A stretch of DNA of 64,000 nucleotides, from assembly GCA_022340565.1 (NCBI GenBank), contig JAJDNR010000080.1:2846-66845 (forward strand), written 5' to 3'. The notes under the pieces are model-generated. The model did no database searches. It was not told the DNA's origin and saw nothing but the letters and a program-made list of their open reading frames with translations. The stretch is from Desulfofustis sp. (GTDB lineage: Bacteria > Desulfobacterota > Desulfobulbia > Desulfobulbales > Desulfocapsaceae). Shown here one piece after another: positions 1 through 8,384 of the stretch. The position numbers were made by a program, and so were the translations under genes. Position 1 is the stretch's first letter. Each line of letters starts with the position of its first letter.

Positions 1-341
1 GCTTTATCGGCAAGCTGTTCGCCGAGGCGGTGGAGGAGATTTCCCTCAAACCGGTGGAAGCGCTCCGTGCCACCGGAGCGCCGTTCATGAGTGTAATCAT
101 CTATGGTGTCCTCCCCCAGGTGCTTAACCGTTTCATCGGTTTCTCCTCCTATCAGCTCGACGCCAACCTGCGCAATTCCACCATGGTGGGCATCGTCGGC
201 GCCGGGGGCATCGGCGGCACCTTGTTCTCCGCCTTCCAGCGCTTTGACTACGATTTTCTGGCGGCAATCCTCATCTCTATCATCGCCCTGGTGATGGTCA
301 GCGAGTATATCTCCGCCCAGGTTAAGAAGGTGTTTCAATGA
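1..341 (+). CDS. phnE: phosphonate ABC transporter permease PhnE, C-terminal part (5' end outside window)
   Basis: Frame is open from the window edge. FIGKLFAEAVEEISLKPVEALRATGAPFM parallels FVGKLFAEALEESDPGPIEALQASGAPWL of the next ORF. It carries the GIVGAGGIGG motif. Its stop overlaps the next start (ATGA at 338-341). Confidence 0.8.
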   Translation, partial: FIGKLFAEAVEEISLKPVEALRATGAPFMSVIIYGVLPQVLNRFIGFSSYQLDANLRNSTMVGIVGAGGIGGTLFSAFQRFDYDFLAAILISIIALVMVSEYISAQVKKVFQ

Positions 342-1132
342 GCCAGGAACGGATATGGCAACGCTTCACCTTCGCCGAGCGGCTCAGCCGCTTTGCGGTC
401 TTTCTCGGCTTTGCCGTGGCCCTGTCGGTATCGCTGCGCACTGTCGAGATCATCCCTGAGTTCCTCCTCGACGCCCCGACCCAGATTGCCGACCTGCTGA
501 AGCGGATGTGGCCGATGGACCTTGCCTATTACCCCGAAGGCATCCATCACGCGATGATGGAAACCCTGCACATTGCCAGTCTCGGCACCCTGCTATGCAT
601 CATCCTCGCCGTCCCGGTGGGCATTCTCGGGGCGAACAACATTGTCCGCCAGCCCCTCCTCAACTGGCTGTCAAAACTGATTCTGGTCTCCTCCCGTTCG
701 GTGAACACCCTGGTTTGGGCGCTGCTGTTTGTCGCCGTATTCGGCCCCGGGGCCCTTGCCGGAACGATCTGCATCGCCTTCCGTTCGGTGGGTTTTGTCG
801 GCAAGCTCTTTGCCGAGGCACTGGAAGAGAGCGACCCCGGACCAATCGAGGCACTCCAGGCCTCTGGAGCACCGTGGCTGAGTATTTTCCTCAAGGGCTA
901 CTGGCCGCAGGTCGCCCCGGCCTTCTGGGGAATCTTCCTGTTCCGCTGGGATATCAATGTGCGGGAGTCGGCGGTGATCGGCCTGGTCGGGGCAGGCGGA
1001 ATCGGTATGGTCCTCGACACATCCCTCAACCTGTTCTTCTGGGACCGGGTTTCGGTGATCCTGCTCAGCATCTTCACCGTGGTGATCCTCGCCGAACTGC
1101 TGGTCACCGCCATCCGCAAACGGATCATTTAA
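338..1132 (+). CDS. phnE: phosphonate ABC transporter permease PhnE (second copy)
   Basis: 264-aa multi-TM ORF with the EALQASGA and LVGAGGIG permease motifs. It is a paralogue of the preceding partial ORF and is translationally coupled to it. Confidence 0.85.
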   Translation: MSQERIWQRFTFAERLSRFAVFLGFAVALSVSLRTVEIIPEFLLDAPTQIADLLKRMWPMDLAYYPEGIHHAMMETLHIASLGTLLCIILAVPVGILGANNIVRQPLLNWLSKLILVSSRSVNTLVWALLFVAVFGPGALAGTICIAFRSVGFVGKLFAEALEESDPGPIEALQASGAPWLSIFLKGYWPQVAPAFWGIFLFRWDINVRESAVIGLVGAGGIGMVLDTSLNLFFWDRVSVILLSIFTVVILAELLVTAIRKRII

Positions 1133-1440
1133 GGCTGCGCGATAAGATCATCAGCTGGGCAGGTAGAGGGGGGGACTCCGTCTTGCACTGTCCAGTCATG
1201 CTTCCCTGTGTTCCGGGGACATCCTGCTGGTATTTGGAACGGCCTGGCAGGCCGGGACGCAGATCCAGCCTGGTTATTCGTTCTACGATTGAGTAGCATA
1301 GGTCCGGGTCGAATGGTCGGTCGGTGTGCAGCTTTTTTTCCATTTCAGGGCCTCGAATGGAACCCGCTGATACAGATCAACCCGACTCTGTCGGCCCTCG
1401 GAACAGTGCCGATTCGCTCACCAGCGGAGCAGATAGAACT

Positions 1441-1734
1441 TCAGCGTAATGGAAAGCGGCGCTGGACCTTGCAGAGTTCCAGGCAAATTTCACCGGTGCC
1501 GTCTTGACTGCAGCTGACCTTTTCTCTCAAGGCAATCATCTGGGCGTTCTGTCTGTTTCCTTCACCGATGGCCTTGGTCAGGCTGTCCTGTTTCTCCGAA
1601 TGGCCAGTAAACGGATGCGCCTGGTCATCAGGGAGTAGGCCAGATAGCGGACCGTTCTTCAGTGACTGCCCGTGTAGATGATCGAGATACTCGTGCCGCC
1701 AGGCTGCGGAGAAGAGAAAACATTCATGGACCAA
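1441..1734 (-). CDS. hypothetical protein (weak call)
   Basis: 97-codon ORF with a TTG start and host-like GC, lying at the left border of the low-GC block. No family recognised and no clear RBS. Confidence 0.25.
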   Translation of the reverse strand: MVHECFLFSAAWRHEYLDHLHGQSLKNGPLSGLLPDDQAHPFTGHSEKQDSLTKAIGEGNRQNAQMIALREKVSCSQDGTGEICLELCKVQRRFPLR

Positions 1735-2048
1735 AAACCGCTTTGGACATCATGGTGCGAATTTTTGGAGACAATAAATCACTTCAATTACCTGTGGTAT
1801 AAAGAGACCACATTGGAATAAGCTTCACAACATCATACATTTATTGGGGCTCAAGAGGGTAGGGTTGATGATAAATCTACCTGGACACCAATGAATTACC
1901 CAGCCCAAAAGTTTCCACTGGCACTGTTAAACAGTTGAGGGTTTTTGAAACCAAGAGCATCAGGAATATCGTTGAGAGTGATTTTTCATGATATCAGAGA
2001 TTAGCACTAAACATATGTGCTTTTTAGTCATTCATTAATAATAAAAAT

Positions 2049-2926
2049 TCAGCTACTCATTGGTTCTAGAAATTGTTCCGTATTGGTCAGTTGGGAAGTC
2101 TTAATTAAAAACTGGAGAAATACTCTTGCACGCCGGGATAACGGCCTCTTTTTTAAATGCAGCAGGTAATACGATGCATGAAGATCAAGTCCTGAGAAAT
2201 CTACCTGCTTGAGCCTCCCTCCAGCGAGTTCTCGACTAACTGCTATTTGAGGAATAATTGTCACCCCTATTCCCTGCTCAATCAATCGTTTCACAGTCTC
2301 TACATTTTGAACTTCGATAACATTTCGAAATATAGTGGAACATTGTGATCCACCCATCATTTCTTCCATCTTACGTCGAATAAGGGTTCCGTGTTCTCGC
2401 CAAATAAACGGGAAAACTTTGAGATCATCCACGAAAATCTGGTCCCGTTGGCCGAGCGGGTGATCTTTGCCGACAACAAAGATATACGGTTCCCGGTGGA
2501 TCAGAGAGAACGTGATATCTGGTTCGGCCTTGACTACCCCACCAAAACCAAAATCTGTTCCTCCTTCTAGGAGTTTGGTGATTACCTCGTGCGAGTTGCC
2601 TGTATGCAATTGGATTTCAACCCCAGGATAGTGTTTAATAAAATCTCCCATGGCCCGGGGGAGGAAATAGGTGCTGAAGACCGCAGTAGCAGCGATGTCA
2701 ATTCTTCCCTTGTCAAATTCAGACAAGTCTTCGAAAACTTTTTCAATATCGCGTAATTCATTGAGCAGGTTGTTGACTTTGGAGAAAAGAATATCACCTT
2801 CCAGCGTCAGTGTTATTTTTTTACCCTGCCGGTCAAAAAGCTTTATCCCGAGATCAGCCCTCCCCCCAGCCCGAATAATGCACTCGCTGTCGAGGAAACC
2901 AGCGAAATAAAGCCGAGAAACAACTC
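2049..2926 (-). pseudogene. LysR-family transcriptional regulator, decayed N-terminal HTH
   Basis: The substrate-binding domain is intact (IDIAATAVFSTYFLPRAMGDFIKHYPGVEIQLHTGNSHEV...). Its frame stays open upstream through RLYFAGFLDSECIIRAGGRADLGIKLFDRQGKKITLTLEG. Only 3 residues separate RAGG from LGIKLFDR, where LysR proteins have about 20 (the recognition helix). The only ATG (MEL..., 2926) is in another frame that stops after 28 codons. Confidence 0.6.
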
Positions 2927-3214
2927 CATATTCTTACGTGTTTCACTTGATTATGTTGAACGGCTTCTGCTGATCGCAGCAGGTATACTGAAAGATTCCA
3001 CATAGGCGCAACACTCAGCCGATATAATAATCTGTAAATATCAATAAGCTACTAATATGATATAGAATATTAATCTAAACAGAGGTTAACACCCAAAATT
3101 GAACTGAGCGTTTCCAAAACAGGCATCGCGGGCGTCGTGCTTGTCATGTCTTTTAATAAATATAATTAATCCGTATTCTTACTATCGCTATCAAGGTTCC
3201 AAATGAGAAAATGG

Positions 3215-3244
3215 TTGACATATGTCAACCTTGCTGCTTATACT
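3215..3244 (+). promoter_or_regulatory. sigma-70-type promoter with a palindromic operator candidate
   Basis: TTGACA (3215-3220), an 18-nt spacer, then TATACT (3239-3244). The -35 box lies inside the perfect 14-bp palindrome TTGACATATGTCAA (3215-3228). Confidence 0.5.
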
Positions 3245-3326
3245 ACATTTAGGTATTATGTTTCATCTTATTATTATTCTTACAAAAATTACTCAAATGA
3301 TTCGAGGAAATGAAAATCGGGTATCC

Positions 3327-3860
3327 ATGGCGTGCCCGCCGTGTGGCACTGAAACCGTTCATAAAAAAGTAGATTACGTATGTAATAACAAGATATTAGG
3401 CGATGTCTTAGTGCCCGGGGTAGACGTTGAAGTTTGCCCGGATTGCGGTGATGTGATGCTGCCGGCGGAGGCTCAAGTCGCAGTAACTCGATACTTAGCG
3501 ATTCTTGAGAAGAAAGCGATTACCAGCCTGCCTTCCGCTGACCTGATCAGCGCCGGGCAGGCCGCTGAAATTCTAGGAATAACAAAACAAGCGTTCAGCA
3601 AGAACCCAAAAATAAAGAAAGGATTTGTATATTTTACCGAGGTCGGAACGAAGAAATTTTTTTTCAGATCTTCTGTCGAGTTATACAAAAGAACCGGCGA
3701 TGGTCGGTTTGCGTTAACAAGTTGGAAGTCTTCGGTGGATTCTGGTCGGATAGCACCTTACAACACGGCTGACGGTAACTGGCATCAGGTCGGCTCAACC
3801 CTCGAGACAGATGATGGTGCCACAAACGTGTGGTGCACGTCGAATGAAGCGATACGATGA
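3327..3860 (+). CDS. YgiT/MqsA-like zinc-ribbon plus helix-turn-helix protein
   Basis: MACPPCG...(x33)...CPDCG forms a four-Cys ribbon at the N-terminus, as in MqsA-type antitoxins, followed by the HTH-like ISAGQAAEILGITKQAFSKN. The track ORF starts at 3222, which is inside the predicted promoter, so I moved the start to the ATG at 3327; 3297 is an alternative. Confidence 0.6.
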   Translation: MACPPCGTETVHKKVDYVCNNKILGDVLVPGVDVEVCPDCGDVMLPAEAQVAVTRYLAILEKKAITSLPSADLISAGQAAEILGITKQAFSKNPKIKKGFVYFTEVGTKKFFFRSSVELYKRTGDGRFALTSWKSSVDSGRIAPYNTADGNWHQVGSTLETDDGATNVWCTSNEAIR

Positions 3861-4135
3861 TCAAGGAAGACAAAAAGAGAAAAGATAATTTTTTCCATGT
3901 AAATAATAGTTTGCCAAACCTTTTCGTTGATGATATCCGGGTTTCAATTAGAAATGATAATATTGCGACCTTGAATTTCTTCAGTGACAGCCCGGAAGGC
4001 AAATTTGAGCAAACTAGAGTAACTGCAAAGAAAGAAAGATTGAAGGTCTTTATCGATGCACTGTGTCGACACACCGGTTATTACCCCGTAAAACCATCAG
4101 AAGAAAAAGAAGAAGAAAAGAAAAAAAAGAAATAA
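3857..4135 (+). CDS. small acidic/lysine-tailed protein, weak DUF3467-like resemblance
   Basis: Start overlaps the upstream stop (ATGA at 3857-3860). The 92-aa product ends in EEKEEEKKKKK. The pattern NLFVDDIRVSIRNDNIATLNFF...TRVTAKKERLKVFIDAL recalls DUF3467, from memory only. Confidence 0.45.
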   Translation: MIKEDKKRKDNFFHVNNSLPNLFVDDIRVSIRNDNIATLNFFSDSPEGKFEQTRVTAKKERLKVFIDALCRHTGYYPVKPSEEKEEEKKKKK

Positions 4136-4682
4136 ACGGCATATATTTTGTTGAACGGAGGTTAGTATTGAACAAAAATCATGGCTTGAAAAAACATTAG
4201 ATAATGAAACAAAACGCCTCTTTTTAGCTCGTCATGTTCTCAAAAAAAACCCACACATTTATAGTGCTAAAGTAGCGCTTCAATCGGCTGAACATCGACT
4301 AGAAGATCTGAAGCAGCATATGAAAAACGAAAGCACAAATCTCGATAATTCTGCATCCACCAGATAGATTATTGGCTGTGTTTCGGGAGACCTGAAATGA
4401 GAATAGATGCGTATTGGTAATTTCTTGTTGGAATTTTTGAGAACTTTGAGCTTATTTATGTATGGTTTTTTTCGCCTATATTTGTGATTTCTTCATCCAT
4501 CATCGAAGATATTTTACCTAAAAACAATAATATATATTGCTATCGAGAGACCAAATCGATAGGAGCTGTCTCTGTAAGTCTCTGACGTTTCGAAAAGTGA
4601 TCTGATTAGATGGGCAGATCAAAGAGAAACTATCGAGCTGAAGGTATGTGCTGTCTACCATAAAAAACGTATTTGTTTGAAC

Positions 4683-7600
4683 ATGACAAAGATCCCCTCC
4701 ATCCTTTTTGACAAAAAAGATTATCAACTTTTGCAAATTGTCGATGATGTCCTGGAAAGGGGCCCTCAATCTCGGGCATTTCGATCCCTGTTTTTAAAAT
4801 ACATGCATCCACAAGGCATCAAGGAAATGGCGGCATCGAGAGGGTTAAGAATCGCATATGCGGTAGTGAGTTTGCTTGGATCTTTTGAAAAAGGCCAGGC
4901 CAAAGATAGATTAGCCGCTCTGAGATCTCTTAGAGATGAAGTGATGCTCTCTTCATCCGCATTTTATCAAAAAAATACTGCCCGTGTTCTTTTGCAAATC
5001 ATGAAGGAACTTGTAAGAACTCGGAACGATGAAATACACCGGTTAAAACTAGCTCATGATTTTCGCATGGTTTTTACTGGCACACCGAAAAAAATTAGAA
5101 AGGAATTAGCGAAATATCACTTGGCGGAAATGCCGGAAGCATGGAACCAATTCGCCTTTGACGACCACGTCCACGACGCCAATACCAAAGGCAGGAAATC
5201 CCCGACGCACCTCATCATGGATGCATGGATAAAAGGAATTCGGCATCTGACTGTGGTTTACTACAATTTTGTGAGCACTGAGGTCGTGGAAGAGCTCCTT
5301 GAAGCCGGGAGCATCTTGGATGTGCAAATTCAGGTAGGAATTGAAATCACAACTCGATTCCGGAGTAAATATATTCGCTTCACTTGGGAGCCCACTGGTT
5401 TTATCGATAACCAGTCGTTCTTAAAATTCCTGGGGGGTGACAAGGTTGCCGAATTTTTTGAAGAGGGTAGAGAGGTTTCAAATTACCAACAAAAATATGT
5501 TTTTGATGTGCTCACGATCTTTAATGATAAACATCTAAAAACATTTACTAGTGAATTCGGTATTGATCTTAGGCCTCTTGATAAAACAGAATTTCTCAAT
5601 TTTGTCGGAACAGGACAACCATCCGTCCTTCATCTCGCCAGGTTCATACAAAATCATCTGATTGAACACGTTGAGGCCAGGTGTAATCAACAACCCGTTG
5701 ATACCAATGAGATTGATGCAGTTCATTTACACCGCAAGCTAAGGGAAATAATCAAAAAGTTTACCATCGAGACAATCATTGTTGACTATTTGATTCCGGC
5801 GCGGAACCCCGAGGTTCACGACCCCTCTGTACCTCAGGAGCATAAGGAACTTCCAAAGCTCTTGATGTGCGAAATGAAAGAGATAATTACAAGGCTCTTG
5901 ACTCTTCATTCAAGCTCCGAATTCACCCTCAATCTTGGCAACCTATCCGCCCAGGACACCCTCGAACTGCTTTATGCAGGCGAAGGGATGATCACGCATA
6001 TTGAAACATATAATCTCAAGAATGTGCACAATGGGATCACTGCAGGGGTTGCCGTTGTCGGGAATAATATTGATGATGAGGCTAATCTACTGAATCAGTC
6101 GGCAACAGGATATGGCCATATTAGTAGATTGCAGGAAGCTTTAAACGATGACAATGTAATAAGCCTCAAAAGGGCCGTAAAAGAGATTATCCTGGATTTT
6201 GAAAAATGGCAGCATAGGCTGGAAAAGAGAAGAGAAGCAATATGCTCAAATGAGGTAAATAATGGAGAGCCGATATACCAATATGATATCAAGTCGATGC
6301 AGGAAAGAAAACTGGATTTGCTTGCCATTCTTTGGGATTTAAAAACATTTCACAACAACTATCGAAAGAGACCTTTAGGATCCCGCATCGGATCTGGCTC
6401 GACGGGACAGGCAGAGCACCAGTATGGAATGGGATTCGTTGTCCTTGAAACCATTCCGGCAAGTCCTCGCAGAGCATTTCACAGCGAAAAGGATCGTGAA
6501 AGAGACTCCCTTATCCCTGTCACAGCACTGATGACAAAGTGCAGCTACCATAGAAAATACCCGCTCTTGATGCATGCGGTAGAATCGCTGGGGGGCTCTT
6601 ATGGACGGTCTCTATTTGAAGATCCTGCTGCCAGAAAATGGGTGGGATGGAATGCCGACAGTTTCATTGTTCATATCGGGAAGCCCGGCAACATCGGTAC
6701 GCTCGGGGGACTCAAGACGAAGACAGGAAAAGATACCTTTGACGAAAAAAAAGGAAGCGAAGAAACGGCACATGAACCTTTCAAGTATCTCAATACACAT
6801 GTAAAAAACGTTGCAAAAGTGATAATTGGCTTCATTCCTGCGTTTCTGACGTTTTTTCTCACAAAAGACTGGTGGGTACTCTCTTACTTCGGGGCTGTGA
6901 TCTGGTTCGGAATCACCGGATCGCGCAACATCATTCAATCGGTTCTCGGCGGTGGAGGGTTGCGCAGATCCCCCTTGTTGCCGTGGAACTCTCTGATAAG
7001 CTGGAGTCGCATCTCCGATTCATTACTGTACACTGGTTTTTCTGTTCCCTTGCTCGATTACATTGTTAAGACCCTATTGCTTGATCGCACGTTTGGGGTC
7101 ACAACCGGCACCAACCCTATAGTGCTCTATTCAGTAATGGGTCTGGCTAACGGTATTTACATTTCCAGTCATAATGCCATACGCGGTCTACCCCAAGGAG
7201 CAACGATTGGCAATTTTTTCAGATCGATACTAGCTATTCCCGTGGCTATTGTCCTGAATTCAACCATTGCATTATGTTTAGGACTCGTGGGTATTCCGGA
7301 TAGTGCAGCAATACTCCAGAAGTGGGCGGCGATTATCTCTAAATTTGCTTCCGACTGTGTTGCCGCAATCATTGAAGGAGTAGCAGATAGGCAAAACAAC
7401 ATAAGAGCGAGAACAAATGCATACATGATCAAAATTTCTCAGCTTTTTTCGGTCTTCTCTCGATTAGAAATTCTTTTTCCAGAAGAAGATGTTCTAGCTA
7501 TGCTTGAAGTTCCCAAAACCGTAATAAAGAACTTGGGCAAGGAAGCCCGTGATTTGGAAAATCTGATAATCGTAAATGCCTTAGACCTAATGTATTTCTG

Positions 7601-7871
7601 GATGTATCAGCCGAGATCAAGAAAAGCATTAGCCCATATTCTGCGGAATTTCTCTGAGGAGGAGTGGCTGATCTTTTACCGATCCCAACTCGTACTCAAA
7701 CGACACAAGAAAATCTCCCGAGTATTCCTAGATGGTCTGGTAGGAAAAAACTTTACAAAGGCGCTATCGTTTTATCTTGACCAGTCAAGTCAATATTTAT
7801 CGGATATGGAAAAGCTGGGAGAGAGATTGCTGGGTTTTTCCTGCTCAGGAGGGGGTAATTTCGGCAACTGA
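4683..7871 (+). CDS. large orphan protein: about 690-aa soluble N-terminal region, cluster of about 6 TM helices, about 170-aa C-terminal tail
   Basis: Uninterrupted 1062 codons from the ATG at 4683 (the track uses the TTG at 4677) in AT-rich DNA, where random long ORFs are unlikely. Hydrophobic segments include VAKVIIGFIPAFLTFFL, WWVLSYFGAVIWFGITG, IVLYSVMGLANGIYI and FFRSILAIPVAIVLNSTIALCLGLVGI. No catalytic motif recognised. Confidence 0.8.
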   Translation: MTKIPSILFDKKDYQLLQIVDDVLERGPQSRAFRSLFLKYMHPQGIKEMAASRGLRIAYAVVSLLGSFEKGQAKDRLAALRSLRDEVMLSSSAFYQKNTARVLLQIMKELVRTRNDEIHRLKLAHDFRMVFTGTPKKIRKELAKYHLAEMPEAWNQFAFDDHVHDANTKGRKSPTHLIMDAWIKGIRHLTVVYYNFVSTEVVEELLEAGSILDVQIQVGIEITTRFRSKYIRFTWEPTGFIDNQSFLKFLGGDKVAEFFEEGREVSNYQQKYVFDVLTIFNDKHLKTFTSEFGIDLRPLDKTEFLNFVGTGQPSVLHLARFIQNHLIEHVEARCNQQPVDTNEIDAVHLHRKLREIIKKFTIETIIVDYLIPARNPEVHDPSVPQEHKELPKLLMCEMKEIITRLLTLHSSSEFTLNLGNLSAQDTLELLYAGEGMITHIETYNLKNVHNGITAGVAVVGNNIDDEANLLNQSATGYGHISRLQEALNDDNVISLKRAVKEIILDFEKWQHRLEKRREAICSNEVNNGEPIYQYDIKSMQERKLDLLAILWDLKTFHNNYRKRPLGSRIGSGSTGQAEHQYGMGFVVLETIPASPRRAFHSEKDRERDSLIPVTALMTKCSYHRKYPLLMHAVESLGGSYGRSLFEDPAARKWVGWNADSFIVHIGKPGNIGTLGGLKTKTGKDTFDEKKGSEETAHEPFKYLNTHVKNVAKVIIGFIPAFLTFFLTKDWWVLSYFGAVIWFGITGSRNIIQSVLGGGGLRRSPLLPWNSLISWSRISDSLLYTGFSVPLLDYIVKTLLLDRTFGVTTGTNPIVLYSVMGLANGIYISSHNAIRGLPQGATIGNFFRSILAIPVAIVLNSTIALCLGLVGIPDSAAILQKWAAIISKFASDCVAAIIEGVADRQNNIRARTNAYMIKISQLFSVFSRLEILFPEEDVLAMLEVPKTVIKNLGKEARDLENLIIVNALDLMYFWMYQPRSRKALAHILRNFSEEEWLIFYRSQLVLKRHKKISRVFLDGLVGKNFTKALSFYLDQSSQYLSDMEKLGERLLGFSCSGGGNFGN

Positions 7872-8010
7872 TCAGTCGAATTAATGTTGCCAATGCAAAG
7901 ATACGTATTTCTGACTTGCCCCGCCGCCGAAGAAATTTCCTGATATGTCCATAAACCTGCCGAATGTCCGTTCACGAGGGATACTCTGCCCCATTACTCA
8001 TAGAAAAATC

Positions 8011-8038
8011 TTGCCTTACAGCGTATTTTCCCTATATT
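8011..8038 (+). promoter_or_regulatory. sigma-70-type promoter for tRNA-Val
   Basis: TTGCCT (8011-8016), a 16-nt spacer, then TATATT (8033-8038), about 18 nt upstream of the mature tRNA 5' end. Confidence 0.45.
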
Positions 8039-8055
8039 TTCTACCAACGACATTC

Positions 8056-8130
8056 GGGCGATTAACTCAGTGGGAGAGTGCCACCTTCACACGGTGGAAG
8101 CCACAGGTTCAAATCCTGTATCGCCCACCA
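8056..8130 (+). tRNA. tRNA-Val (anticodon CAC), CCA encoded
   Basis: Hand-folded cloverleaf: acceptor GGGCGAT/ATCGCCC, D stem ACTC/GAGT, anticodon stem CCACC/GGTGG with loop TTCACAC, T stem ACAGG/CCTGT with loop TTCAAAT, discriminator A, then CCA. Confidence 0.95.
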
Positions 8131-8384
8131 AAAAAGAAAAAAGAATATGTTACGTATAGTTACTGTGCACCTTCTAAATGACCTCGGCTTGGCCATGCCC
8201 CACCGACCAAACAGATGAAATCCGACCTTAACACTAAGAGCCTCAAGCTGGTAAGCTCAAAAACTTCTAAGATCTTTCCTACTCGTATCTTTTTCTGATC
8301 AATTATTCGGTTATTTGGAAAAATTCCTCGGTTATGAAGATTGCTGAGAATCAGCTCGCTATTTTCATTATCGCCCAGGGATCA

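Larger units (their letters stand above)
1740..8384. other. low-GC block (candidate horizontally acquired island) ending at tRNA-Val and the glgP stop
   Basis: Hand counts give 21/60 G+C at 5041-5100 against 36/60 at 25021-25080. The block has AT-rich intergenic stretches and contains a decayed regulator, orphan genes and a tRNA. No integrase or att repeat seen. Confidence 0.6.

Noticed and set aside
1441-1800. Possible integrase remnant or Sec-extended gene at the left island border
   Set aside because: The similarity of WRHEYLDHLHG...GHSEKQ to tyrosine-recombinase C-terminal boxes is too loose. Reading through the upstream TGA gives non-protein-like AT-rich sequence with another stop shortly before it.
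4155-4367. 71-codon open frame (IEQKSWLEKTLDNETKRLFLARHVLKKNPHIYSAKVALQSAEHRLEDLKQH...) preceded by GGAGG
   Set aside because: It has no ATG, GTG or TTG start in frame near the RBS; only ATT at 4167 is available. There is no family resemblance. It could be a small coiled-coil protein with a rare start codon, but that cannot be supported from the sequence alone.
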